From: Azolla caroliniana
Taxonomy: Eukaryota; Plantae; Polypodiophyta
DNA length: 64,000 nt
Assembly (NCBI GenBank): GCA_043228905.1
Contig: JBHGNT010000017.1
Span: forward strand, 5,332,001 to 5,396,000
Direction of reading: 5' to 3'
Positions 13,326 to 26,914 of the stretch are shown here, in pieces; positions within the stretch are counted from its first letter, which is position 1; each line of letters begins with the position of its first letter. A model generated the notes under the pieces. It ran no database searches and had not been told where the DNA came from. It saw only the letters and a list, made by a program, of their open reading frames with translations. The position numbers were made by a program, and so were the translations under genes.

Positions 13326-14065
13326 TTGGATTTGTCTCATATATTTTTGTTCTATTTTGGCCCTCACTGTCGACCATAACAACAACATTTTGGATGGGAT
13401 GGGTGGGGATGGCCCATCTTTTTCAACCCCTTTACAACGACGCCTGGCGCACTATGGAAGGATTATACATATTATATGAATCATATACTTACATGTATAC
13501 ATACATACATACATGCATACACATACACATACACATACACATAACACTTCTTTTCCCTCTCACCGCATTTCTCTTCCTTTGGCTTCTTCACCTCAAGATC
13601 TTAAGGTATACCACTATTACGCACATGTATGCATTTCTATACCCCTCCACCTCCACCTCCACCTCTTTATGAGGATCTCCCCCCCCCCTCTTTCTCATAC
13701 AAATTCTGTTTGCTTACATTTTTTTTTGAAGGTTTCTATTGATCCATCATAGAATTTGGGCTTCTTATTGAATTCGAATTTCCACAGTTTTTAGCTTCAA
13801 ATTGAACCCGATCACTGCAATTTAACTTACTGCCCTTTACTTTGGTGGGTTTCATAATTTAAACTTTTGATTGAGCATCCCTGTATTAGAGCTTTTCAAT
13901 GGATTAATTTCCTTGGGTTTCATCTAAAATAAGTCATAATATCATCATTTTATGCATAAGGTAGTGATGTTATTGTTTATCCGGGGTTTCATCATTCTAT
14001 GCGTAAAGTATTGATGTCATAGTTTTCTCTGGAGGTTTCTGACGCATAGAGACGCAGACACAGAA

Positions 14066-14187
14066 CATATGCATATGCATACATGTACATATACATATAT
14101 GTAATATTTATACGCATATACATACATGTACATGTACATGTACAATACACATGCATATGCATACACATGTACATATACTTATACATT

Positions 14188-14243
<56 letters not shown>

Positions 14244-14276
14244 TGCATCCATATCCATATGCATATGCATATACAT
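14066..14276. repeat. (TACATA)n-type microsatellite; similar tract at ~13485-13540
   Basis: Directly visible. Confidence 0.95.
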
Positions 14277-14376
14277 GGTAGATGTACGTGTACATGTGCA
14301 CATCATAGTTTTCCAGGTGAATTCTCATTGATGTGATCTTAAGCTGGCATATTTGTACCTTGTACAGAGATAATCA

Positions 14377-17300
14377 ATGGATCAGGTAGAAGACAAAGTC
14401 ACTAAATCTTCCTCTGACAACCTGAATAGTGCTTATGAGAAGACGGTGGGCGGTGGATGGGCAATCAATGGATGGCAGGGTTCTATTGATATGAGGAAAC
14501 AGATTTTTTGCAATAGGTCTTTGAATATGAAAAGTATTGTTGCTGTTGGATTTGACATGGATTATACTCTTGCTCAGTATAAAGCTGAAACCTTTGAGAC
14601 AATGGCTTATCATGGAACCATCAAGAAGCTTGTGTTTGACCTAGGATATCCTAAAGAGGTTTTTACTCCTTTATTATTGTCTTTTAAGAAAATTTACTGT
14701 TGTGTAAGAATATATGCCACATGGAGTTTGTTCAACTTTCATTCAATTTTGTCAATATCAGAATATATGTCTTTTAAGAAAATTTACTGCTGTGTAAGAA
14801 TATATCTGCCCATTTCTTTCTTTCTATACACACATGTGTGTAACGTTCTTATGTGTCCTCATGATGTTTGTCACGTGAATATTCCCTTCGACGGCTCAGA
14901 TTTGGACATTATGGCACATGAGTGGATGGAGCCATTGTTGTATCTCTTAATAAGGAAACATTGTTTTGTTATTTCCACGTTTATGTAAAGTCGAGCACTA
15001 TGGTGTACCTATCAGGCACTATATGCTGATCTTACAACAACCTTCTGTATGATGACTAGGAAACCTTTTTAAGGAAAAATGGTGGTTTTTTGAAATGTTT
15101 TAAAGATGCGTGCAAGATTTTAAAAGCTTAATTGATAGATATGATTTTGTTAAGAATATCATGTAAATATCCCACGTTTATACTAATTTTTAATTGGAAG
15201 ACCTAGACAGAATTTTAGATATATGCGTGTGTATTTCAATGTGTATATACTTGTCTTTTGTATAGGGCAAGTTATACTGTATTCACTCCCATATATCCAT
15301 TTTGTGAGTTTATGGAAATGAAATAACACATTTCTATTGATCAAGTGAATAGACATTAAGAAAACGAGACTTGATGGTTAGAGACAGAAAATTGTTTCTG
15401 TGTTTCAACTAACTATATAGCAAAACATTATGACTATTACACCTCTATTTGTTGCAGTTGCTGCAATGGAAGTTTGACTGGCAATACATGGTACGGGGTC
15501 TTGTTCTTGATAAGCAACGAGGAAATATCTTGAAGGTAAAAATCTTCAATGTAGCAAATTCTTGGTAAATATGTTTTTTTTTCTTTCTTTCTAATGATAT
15601 ACAGAGAACAGTAATGAAATGTCACACCACTGCAAGTTATAACTGGTATAATTTGAAAGACATTTCTGTAGCCCATAATAAAATACAATTAATTCTAACT
15701 TAGTTCTTGGTTGTTAGAAGTGATGAAGGTTGCATTGTAATTTTTGTGCATTCCCAACCCTAGATAGGGCTGTATACAATGTCAATATGCTCATTACTGT
15801 AACCAAATGTTGATGCAAACTGTGATTTAGCATGACCCTGTTCCTCTGTTTAGCCGATGAATAACGAAATGTAGAGACCATCCTATCTTTTGGTAGATTT
15901 TTATGAAGTTTTTTTCTTCCATTTTAATATTTCAGGGTACTATTGCAGCCCTAGTCGCATGATGTTTAATTTACATTATGTTGTTGCAATTATGAAACAG
16001 TTTCTCTCTCATTTTCCAAATTATTCTCATTAGCTATAGAGTATACAATCACGTATTTTCCATTTATACTATGCTAGCTGTATGATTAGACTGATTAGTT
16101 AATAGTAAAACTTTGTAAGGTGTGCAGCTTAAATTGCTGCACATATGTAGATGATTTGAAGCATGTTGGTTTAATGATAGCTTCCCAGTTTAATGCAATA
16201 TTATCTTGTGCTAATATCTAAATTGGTAACACATTAAACCTTTTTTATATGAACATTTGCCACAAACATGTATTGTTTTAGAAATAGGAATGGAATTGTT
16301 GAGCACCATAAAATCATTAGATTATAAAGAAGAGACTTGTCAATGTAGGGTTACTCAAGAATCCACACATTGTACTGAAGTTGTTGGATTTATATATCAT
16401 AAATGGGTTTCAATTTCTATTCTGTTTTCTCTGGGGGCCTTTTTAAACTATGATCCATTCCTTCTATACTATATATTTCTAAAAGAAAAGTGGATTTTTT
16501 ATCTGGGCATTTTTGAATGTATGTCGCGTGATGTATTTGCAAGTGAGAGTCTTTGTATTATTTAAACATATATATGTGATTATCACAGGCTCCATTATTA
16601 GAGAGCTTAACAAGCTCTGTTTCTCTGTTGATTTCCAGATGGACCGTCACAAGTATGTCAAGGTGGCTTATCATGGTCTCCATGAGCTGTCTAGGGAAGA
16701 TAGATTGACAATATATGGGAACAGTCCTTTACAGCAAGCTTATGATGAACCTGATTATGCTCTAATTGATACACTCTTCTCTCTGGCTGAAGCATATCTT
16801 TTTGCACAACTCGTTGAATTTAGGGATCTGAACCCTGATAAAATTCCAGTAGCTTCTCGGTATGTTTTTTGTTGCATAACTGAACCAAACTGCAATCTGT
16901 GTGTGTGGTTGTGTGTAAAAAAATTTGTAACTCTAAACTGGATTTTTTGGGTGATGTATATAGGGCGAAGCCTGATGGTGAACTCTCAATTCCATTCAAG
17001 TAAATATCCAACTCACTCAGTATATTGAAGGAGTGGTTTGCTTGAAATTATAGAAACTAAACAGTAACCTTATCCACAGTAATACAAATTGCATAGATGC
17101 TGCAAGTGTGTCAAACAAACAACACAGTTGTCCATGTTTGATAAAGCAATGAGTAATAAGCCAAGCAGAAAATTATGCTTTTTAACCTATCTGTAATGTA
17201 GGACTTGTTCTGTTATATAGCATGTACGTATCTCCTCATCAGATAGCAAATCTTTTATGCTGATACAAGTAAGAAAGAAGCAGATGCTATGAGGTCCGAA

Positions 17301-20300
17301 AAAACTCTAGAATGAGAAATCTGAAAAGATGTGAAAGAAGTATAGATGCCATCTTGGGGCCAAAGGAGGCTAAGTGATGCAGAATCTCAAAGTGGATTAG
17401 AGAAGGATAAAGAGAATGTGTTGTAGCATTTCCAGGAGGAAAGTGTTTTAAAAAAGCTCCATAATGTTTTTAGAGGAAAATGAAGATCTGCTGTGGGGGG
17501 ATGCAATGATGGAATTTTTTAAGACTACATGCTATTGTGTGCCATTCAGTTTTAAGCACACAAGCAAATGCTCCACCCAAAAATGACGTATGAGACCAAA
17601 GCATTTTTACAAATATATAAAACTCACATAAGGTTTCGTTGTGTCCTGCAAAGGCATGCCATTGAAATGAACCTGTATAAGATGGAAAATGGAAGGGCAG
17701 CTGACTCAATAGAGATGTTTAGACTTGATTAAATGATTTCGAGCTGAGGTGAATATTGAATAGTAGACATGTTTTGTTATTAATGCTTGTATGTAGGGAG
17801 GGAGAATCCGATCTAGTGAATCTGCATATGAATGAGATGTCTGTAATTACTTGAAAAACGATAAGATGGCCATGGTAAGCTCCACCATGGCCAAAAGCTC
17901 TGTAGCATCATACCGGAGTAGAAGCAGAGTGCATGGGCAGATGATGGAAACCAAATGTGCTATTGACTAAAAGCAGAGTCTAGAGCTAGCATTGCAACTC
18001 CAGACCATTTTGTCACCTTGATGCCATTGTCCTATTTTGTTGATATAAAAAAGGTTGACACTTTTTGGATGAGCTGATTCTATAGTCTCATATGGAAAGC
18101 ACACGGATTTAATGGCTGACTTATGTTATGGGGAGAGAGCAATTAGTAGGCAAGAGGTGTGACTTATCTTATTTGATTAAGATTGAGATAATAGGAGTAA
18201 ATAAAAACAGTGAACAAAATCTGATGTTTGCTGCATAATGAAACTGTGCAACATGTACTGCCTTTCTTGGCTATAAGAACAGCATGTCGTATTTGGGCAA
18301 GATCGGAATGATTTATGTTGGAGCCTCATCAACAGTTTCTAAATTGGCATGAGCATCTCCTCCTTTGTATCAAGTTCAAATGCTCTGGTGGAACCCTTGG
18401 AGAAAGAGGTCAAATGTGTTCCTTCAAATGACATTGGATGATGTCTGGGGTCATCATTTGAGATTTCAGGAGTGCATTTGTTTTTTAAGAGGAGAATAAT
18501 TGTTGCTTGTGCCTGATCTCTAGGAAACAAGTGGAGAAGTAAACAGTGAACTTGGAGATAATATAGATATATAGCAACAAAGTTGCATCTGATAAGGACT
18601 AAACTAGTTTCACGTTCCTTCTATGGAATAAAGAAATCTTTTTCGGATTTGTAAATGTGTTCCAAACTGCTTTTACTGTGGAAGCACGTATACATGATCA
18701 TTTCTGATTTCGTACTTTAATCCGTCTCTCAGGTGGTAAATCTGAAGGTAATTCATGTGAAAAAAATGTCTGAATATTACTTGAATAACTTGAATAAAGT
18801 CAAAATCGAGTAAGTTTTAATGCCAACTTGAATAACTTTAAGAACATCTACCTTGCTTGTCTTTTTCAAGGTAATAAGTAAGACACAGTTATAATACTAT
18901 TCAAACTTTCCTATTTCATATTGTTTCTACATCAGAATACAAAATTAATGGTTAGGGTGGTATAATCTTCCTCACAAACATTGTTGTCCATCGCTAATAA
19001 AGGAAGTTATGTTCGTTTATCCTAGCTGCACTAAAAAGAGTGTTCAAGTAGTAACATATCTGAAATATCCTTGGTGTAGTTTATGTGGTTTTTGGTTTTA
19101 AAAGCTGTTTCTCTTTGTTAATAAAATTGTCATAAATCAAATTACTAATGTTTCTAATTCCTCCAAAAATGAATTTACAGCTTTTCACAAATTTACAAGG
19201 ATATAAGATCTGCTGTTGATCTATGCCACCGCGATGGGACTCTCAAACAAGCTGTGGCTGATGATCCTAGCAAGTAAGATAAAGGTTAAATGTTGCTTTA
19301 CGTGTTTTAAATGTGCAATGGTGAATCGTTTTTTAGCTTGATGTATATGAGATTGTCTTTAAAACTCGTATGGATAGGTTTGTTTTTTCCTCTCATCCAT
19401 TATAACTTGATGTTTGTGAGCATCCAAATCAATTCTGTTGCCTATTCTAGTGTTTGAAAGAAGAACATAAGCATCTTTGGCATAGCAGATTATAAACTGG
19501 CTGAAATCTTCTTGAGATGTACTGCATTTACAGATCACACTCTCTACTGGAAATTTAACTTGTCATATTTAATGAACAATTGGTCAAATGTATTGTAATT
19601 TTAATCCAGAGCTGTGTATGTATCATTTAGTAGTATATATGCATTCAAGTGTGCCATGCACTGTCTTGATGTATCTCGAAATATTTGATTAGCCAATGGA
19701 AGCAGTAGTTTGCTTAAAATGTAAATTGAACCTTGAACTCCACTTGTTAGATATCTTTGAGAATCAATTCAAAGCTTAGAAAAAGTTGCTTGATAATATG
19801 CCCTCCTCATAATGCATAATCTGCTGAGCTTTGATACAAAGCTTTTCTCATTTGGTAAGAATCTGCAAAAGGACTTGGTAAAAAGAGCTTGAAATATGCT
19901 CCCTTGATAATGCAGAATCTGCTAAGTTGTTTGCAGTATTGTCTTTCTGTGTAAAGAAAATTCCATTGTTGAATTGACCTTTTATGTACACAATCAAATT
20001 CATACATTGAAAGCCGCAAGTGTACATTAGAGTATTTTGCTTCTGGCTATGCTTTCTACAATGTGAAGCTCATATATGCTTCATTTTTGTTTTAAATGGA
20101 CCCATTTTTTTGCATTGCAGGTATATATATTTTGATCCGCAGGTTATTCCCATGTTGAAGATGTTGAGGGATTCCGGGAGAATCACATTCTTAGTAACTA
20201 ACAGGTAAGTTTCACCACGACTTAACTCTTAAAAGATATAAGTTTTGAACAATCTGACCTGTAATACTAGGGATAATTCAGGCCCAATCTCTAAATTAAC

Positions 20301-23300
20301 ACTCCAGTCATACTTTCATATGTGTTGTCAAACACATGAAATGCTTGCAACTTGAAAGCATTGCAAGTCCAAGGTTCCTTCATTTTTCAGACTACAATCT
20401 GTTTATAGTTGAATAAGAGAACTCAAAAATCAGTTATCTTATATATTGTTGAAGCATCTATTATGAATCATGATTGTACACCCAAATGCGTTTTACAAAA
20501 TCAAAATCCAGGAGAGAGTGAGCATAATAAGCTTGTTTGACAGATCTCCTTCCGTTAAATACTTGATAATCAAAGTCTACCATATCCAATCAGCCCATTT
20601 ATTAACATGCATGATGAAAATTCCGCGCCATTCAATTAAACTAAGAGAATCTAAACATATAGAAACTTGAGCAATGAGGTAGAGAGTGCTTTGAGCATTG
20701 TGATATAGTGTGTAGGATGTAAAGTTACATTGTAAGGCAATTTATGAGGATTATTTTTGGTCTCACTTGAGACTGAGTTAGATTGTTTTTATTTAAGTTT
20801 GTTACTTATTTCTGGAACCATTTTCAGATTTAGTGAAGTTTTTTTTATGTTTTTGTTTGGAAAAGTCTTTGGGATTATACACATGTAGCAATGAATTACC
20901 TTTGTGGAAAAAGCGGGTCGGCTTGTGGCACACCTAGGGATTTTGAATGGCTAAACTACTTTGATCTCATCATTACCGGAAGGTATTTCTCAAAATAAAT
21001 TTTTTTAAGGTGGTAATATGTTCCACTTTTTTATTCCACCTGTTTTAGTCTTTATTTCTGATATAATCACTTCCATTTTGTCCCAGTGCAAAACCAAGCT
21101 TTTTTGCCGAAGGAAGTAAGGCAGGGCTATTTGAAGTAGACATAAAATCCGGAATGCTTTTGAACACTGACAATGGTACTCCGTTAGCACAGGTGATTGT
21201 TATATTTCACCTCTTTTTTCAGTATTATTGATTTCATTAATAGACGAGTATTATTGATTGAGTGATGAAAATAAAATGCGTGATATGCTAAAATAGGTAG
21301 GTGATATTGACGTGAAGAAAATATCTTTGTCACGGAATGGAGTCACACAGGCATGCCGAGTCTTTCAGGTGCTTTTCAATGTTTTATCCAAATCCATTGT
21401 TTTCTTTCAGTGCCAAAATCACTGTTCCATCAAACATTAAAAATAAAAAAACACTCACTTTCAGGGTGGAAATGTAAAGCTCTTGCATCGGTTGCTTGGA
21501 ATAGACTCAGGTTCACAGGTGGGTGTATAAGCGCATTCCTTTTCAGTTATCATGTTTTAATGCTTTGCTTCAGAACTTCAAATATGGTGTTGCATGTTCA
21601 TCCTCCATATTCATATATAGATCATGATTTTTTTTGGATTGTGTCAAAAAGGTTTTATATGTTGGAGACCATATTTATGGAGACATTCTCCGCAGCAAGA
21701 AGCAACCTGGTAAAGTTTGATGTAAAATAACTCATATACAATCATTGTTTGTTTTTTCTCTGTATTATTATTAGGTTTCATTTCTTGATGATAATTGAGA
21801 CGTGTATGAAAGTGCTCTTTCTTTGTTTAAGGTTGGAGGACAATGCTAGTGATTCCAGAACTTGAGAAAGAACTCGAAAGCTATCATCAGACTGCACACA
21901 CTCTCAAGGTATTTGTTATGTTTCTGTTTACTGATGCCCAAAAACATGATTTTGTAATAGATGTTTCAGTGTGTGTTTTCTCCAATAAAAACAGATGTTA
22001 CGATTATTACGGGAGAATCTTGATAGTATTGAGGATGAAATGCAACACTTGCAATGGGATATCAGGTGTGTGTGTGTTCCCCTTGAGGTCCCATTAAAGT
22101 GCAAATTGAAAGTAAAATCTATAATAAATAGTGAGGAAAGTTGTTCACACATTTTGAGATCAACTTCTTTTGATGATGTTTTAAGTCGGTAGAAATCAAA
22201 TAATGTGCTTGATTGATGATACAATTCTTTCATCGAGTTGACTTTTATACCATTTCATTGAATAAACGTATTTGTGACATTTTTAATCATTTTCTTCAGT
22301 TTCTTTGTCAATTCTTTGTATGCTCACATACTTGGTTTAGCTGTGGTTTTTCTGTTTCATGGACTTACAGTAGTTGGGATGTTTAAGCTTTTTTGTCTGG
22401 CATTGCATTTTTTTGTTATCTTTTTTGCTAGGTTTGGTGAAGGACTTGATGACAGTAAGGAGACAATGATTACAAAGAGGGATAAATTACAAGTAATTGT
22501 TTGAAGATTTAGTTTAATGGGTATTTTAATTGTGCAAATGTATTCACTCGCTTGCTGAGAATATAAAAAAATGTGATTCATCAGGTGGAGCGGGACCAGT
22601 TTCGGGATTCACATCGGCAAACTCTCAGGGAATGGCATGAGACAGTAAGACGAATTCTGTTTTTATTGTTCTTTTTTTCCTTTTACTATTTTATGTGGTC
22701 GAATTTAGCCTATGCTTATAATATAAGCATCACCAGTACAAAATTTTACTACTTACTAATAAATATCCAAACTTTACATGTCTTATGGTGACTATTGACT
22801 GAGTTTTAGACTAAAAAACATTTGAGGTAATGTAGAAAGCACATCCAATATGTCTTCAATGTATAAAATCTTCAGAAAGCATTTTCACTAAGTGTGTCAT
22901 CCTTCTAATTATGAAGTTATTTTTTTATTGTTATTGTTATTGTTATTATTATGATCTTCGTCTTATTGTTGTTATAATCATTAATTGCAGTTTCATAAGA
23001 CATGGGGACAACTCATGAAGACGGGCTACCAGAACTCCCGTTTCGCACATCAGGTTTAAAAGAACAATTTTTTTGTTTAGTTCTATGGAAAATGAGAACA
23101 TGGTTAAAATTTTCCTTGCCATTCGTTTTTTTCATTGAAAGTATAATAACATTACTTCCATGATATGATTTACTAATGCAATAGGTGGAGCGGTATGCAT
23201 GTTTATACACAAGCCAAGTGACAAATATATGTTATTACTCGCCTGATAAATGTTATCGCACGAGCGAAGATTTTATGCCTCATGAGATGAAGAGCTTGGG

Positions 23301-23307
23301 AATTTGA
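14377..23307 (+). CDS. HAD-superfamily (subfamily IG, cN-II/NT5DC-type) 5'-nucleotidase, 16 coding exons, 539 aa
   Basis: Hand-spliced GT-AG exons: 14377-14658, 15458-15535, 16639-16859, 19181-19273, 20121-20204, 20866-20982, 21087-21192, 21297-21368, 21465-21518, 21652-21709, 21832-21908, 21995-22065, 22432-22492, 22585-22644, 22991-23053, 23185-23307. Total 1620 nt with all phases consistent. Motifs: IFCNRSLNMKSIVAVGFDMDYTL (I), LVTNSLWDY (II), SAKPSFF (III), YVGDHIYGD (IV), GWRTMLVIPEL, WGQLMKTG, ERYACLYTS, FMPHE. Confidence 0.95.
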
Positions 23308-25795
23308 AAATATAATCTCATATAGTTGCTAATTCAAAACAAAACTGATTACTATATACTTAACAAGAAAGAAAAAAGTTCCATGGCAGAAGCCCCGACT
23401 AAGAAATGTGGAAATGTATATTGTTGGGCATTGTTGTAGAACCCATGTGAACTTCACTCTAACATTGTATTTCTCAATGTATCATTTTTTTTTCTTCTTC
23501 TTGAAATGTCAAATTGTTATTTCTTTCTCATGTCACTCGCATGGGCATGAGAAAAGAGCATTATTATGGAAGGACCTGAGACCTCATTAAGAATAAACAT
23601 TGCTTAAAATGATTAATTGTGTTCATTGTAAGAAATTTTCATAAATTGTAGCTCCAAATATAGTGGGGAACGGTTTACAAAGTTTCCATACAAAATGTTC
23701 TGGTGGAGGAATCTCATTTGTAAGATAAACTTGTATATATCTATATACATATACATGCACGGAACATGCATACATTGTTAGAATACCAAGCAGCAATGTA
23801 TGCACCATAATCCCTCTGATCCATTTCATGTGTGCACCTATGGAAATGCTAAGGTCCTTTTCAGCATTGTGTGCTTAAAATGGTAGTGGTAATTTTGTAC
23901 TATAGAAATGTGACAATGACAATGTCGTAATGTCAAATATTAGGAGCTGATTAGTCCATAGTTATATGAAGATGTTATTCTTTGCATAGGCCAATAAAAT
24001 CAATACCAACAAAACCCAAAGTTGTAGCTCTATGCTTTTCTAATAATAAATGTGTTTGATTCTTAATACTTTGCATATATTATCAGCAAGCACATTAATA
24101 ATCACTCCTTTAGCATCTCATAAGGTACAAGTAATATGCCAAGGAAAGACATGTTATAAACTTATTGCATACAAGGATTTCTGAATTAAGCTAATGAGGG
24201 TGAATGGTAAGATTTTGAAGCACCGCAAAGTACAATTCATTGAAATCAACTACATATGTGGGTCTACTACCCATAGTTGTCATGTAGAAGAAGAATTGTA
24301 AGCATGGTATGGTCCAAGATCTCTAATTTTTTGCAAAATATTCTTATTATTTGAAGTTCACATAATATGTTATGTTGGACACTAATACGAAACCACACAA
24401 AGATTTAAAGAATGATGAGAGTTGAACTCACAAATTGAATTAACATTTTTTTTTCATTAGCTTTGTAAGAACAACATGGAAATTACTTTGTTATGCCATG
24501 ATGACAATTTATTGCAAGGGGATACTTGAATTAGTTAGTATTCTATTACACCATGGTAATAATTTGTCACATTCATGACTTTCACAAGTAACTTATGTCC
24601 TAGGGTATTAAAGGTGCGAGGAAAATGTTAGTATCTCATGATTCATGAGCTACTTACCTTAATGTTTTATGTTTAATAGATCATTGTTGACATGACTACA
24701 AATAGTTACATAATTTAATCAATCAAACAAATACCAAAACTAAACATTCTAGAAGCCATAAAAGCATTTCTATTACTAGACGTCAATGATCTTTCAACTA
24801 TACCCTCCGAAGGTTGCCAATATTGGTCTTCGAATAGCACAAATTTAATGTCTAATGTGTTCGAATGTGTTCGAGGGAAGGATTCAGTTTACAACCTAAC
24901 TTTAGCATTGACATGACAATCAAAAGGTGTGATAGTACACACACATGTGCATATTTCCTCGGGAGATCGTAAATGAAATATACATTCATTTATATTATTT
25001 ACTTTGTATTTTCAACAACATCAAGCTTCCTATCATACCCATCCTAAACCATATTAAAAATTGAGATTGGAACAACGTCAAGTTTGGAACATGTTAGTAA
25101 TGAGTGCTACCCAAAGATGTGAAACTAAGCCAATAAGTACCTATTGCATGCATGGTTCGAACTCTGCTTTATGGAACTAAGGTTTATGGAGGAAATATTT
25201 CAACAAGCTCATGGAGTGAGTAGTTCGAATGTAAAACAAATTTCTACAACGTTATTTAGGGGTTAGACCTCAACCTTGTACCCTATAATACTACCAAACA
25301 CGAGAAGAGTAACATAGTTTTATGCCCTTCAAAGAGTTTACAAGTACATATTGAAAGGACAATGTGTGAAATTTCTTTCATTCAACTAAGTATCAGACAT
25401 ATGGAAATGGTTTTCAAGTTAAATCATTTCTAGCACGTTGAAGAATATTCGTATGTGCATTTAAAGGGCATAAAAGGAATAGGAGAAAATGTGTCCAAGG
25501 TTTACTAAGCAACACCAGGACGGAAGAAGCCTCCATACATACAAATTATTGCAATTGCATTAATACTACTCCAACAAAAGTGGAGAACAATCTAACACGA
25601 ATTTGAGTATTGCTATTTCAATTTACAACCATATTAATACTCCCATATTGGAATTTTTATTGGGGATGGTTGATCGATGCCCCCACCTCCAAAAACTCAT
25701 ATTGAGTAGAGGTAGAAGACATCACATCACAACATTGACAATAGAAATTAGGGCTGGATAAATACTGACCAAAGATAGATCAAAGGCAACATGTA

Positions 25796-26914
25796 CAATA
25801 ACCATTCGGTTAAGTTCGCACTTCGAACGCATGGGTGAAGTGCGCACTTAATCGAGCTGCGCATTTATGGGTTTTCTGAAAAAATTTGGGCCTTTTTGAA
25901 AATTTTTAGGTTTTCTTGAAAATTTTTCCCTTCTTTGTTCGTATCATATGTTTCTTCATTAGAAAAGTGATTGATTAATGTGATATAATTGACCTGAAAT
26001 GTTTATGGTTTTAGCATACTCTTGTTGGATATCACTTTTTCCCGATTCCATATTACCTTGAGTTTTTGCCTTTTTGCTAGGCCTACCTAATGAACTTCCT
26101 TGGATATGATGAGATTTTTCTTTGCATTCTCTTCCTAGTGGTGGGAGGTTTGAGGAATTGTAGTAGAAATGGAGATGGAGGAGATCGGAAAAGAGAGAGG
26201 AGGAGCAACGGAGAAAGCATAGGCTGGAACAGAAAGAAAATAAACGAGATGTACAGAAAGAGAAAGAGAGGGAGGAGGGAGTGAGGGAGTGAAAGAAAGA
26301 AGGAGAAAATTAAGAATGACCGAAGGCGGTGACGGGACTAGGTGGCGGCGGCGGTGGCGGGAGGAGGAGAGCAGGAGAGAAAGAAACAAAATTAAGAAAG
26401 TGAGGGAAGGAGAGAAAGAAAGAAACATAATTAAGAAAGTGAGGGAAGGAGAGAAAGAAAGAAACATAATTAAGAAAGTGAGGGAAGGAGAGAAAGAAAG
26501 AAACATAATTAAGAATGAATGAATACGGAAAAGGAAATGGATAATTGGGTTAAGTAGGAAAGTTTATTTTCTTTAACGAGAATCAAAATTACCTACTCAC
26601 AGTTCTACACACACACATACAACACATAACACGCACACAAACGCTACAACGGGAGAGACCAATTCTAAGATTTGGTTCTTTTTTCCTTGCATTTCCAAGA
26701 GACCCCACCCACCATCACGTAACAAATTCTTTTAATTCTTTTAATTCTTTTCTTTTATTGTTTTTTGAATATTTGGAACATAGTTTTAATTTCGTTTGAT
26801 GTAATTTCATCATGAACAATGTAATTTTTTTGATTGGGATTTTGACCTCTATAAAAAGCGCACTTAATAGAATGGTGCACTTAAGTGGGCACACACTTAA
26901 CCGAATGGTTACTG
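25796..26914. mobile_element. Non-autonomous Tc1/mariner (pogo-like) element/MITE, ~1.1 kb, TA target duplication
   Basis: Left TA|CAATAACCATTCGGTTAAGT and right ACTTAACCGAATGGTTACTG|TA form 20-bp TIRs with one mismatch. Subterminal GCACTT(AA) repeats. No transposase ORF. Confidence 0.85.
26390..26515. repeat. 39-bp tandem repeat (about 3.2 copies) inside the MITE
   Basis: Unit AATTAAGAAAGTGAGGGAAGGAGAGAAAGAAAGAAACAT. Confidence 0.95.

Noticed and set aside
12473-14336. Many ORFs with SLSLSL, ERERER, HIHIHI or YIYIYI runs
   Set aside because: These are translations of microsatellites with no domain evidence.
14679-14805. 37-bp direct repeat giving SFKKIYCCVRIY twice in ORF 14377-14988
   Set aside because: It lies after the donor at 14658, so it is an intronic local duplication and not coding.
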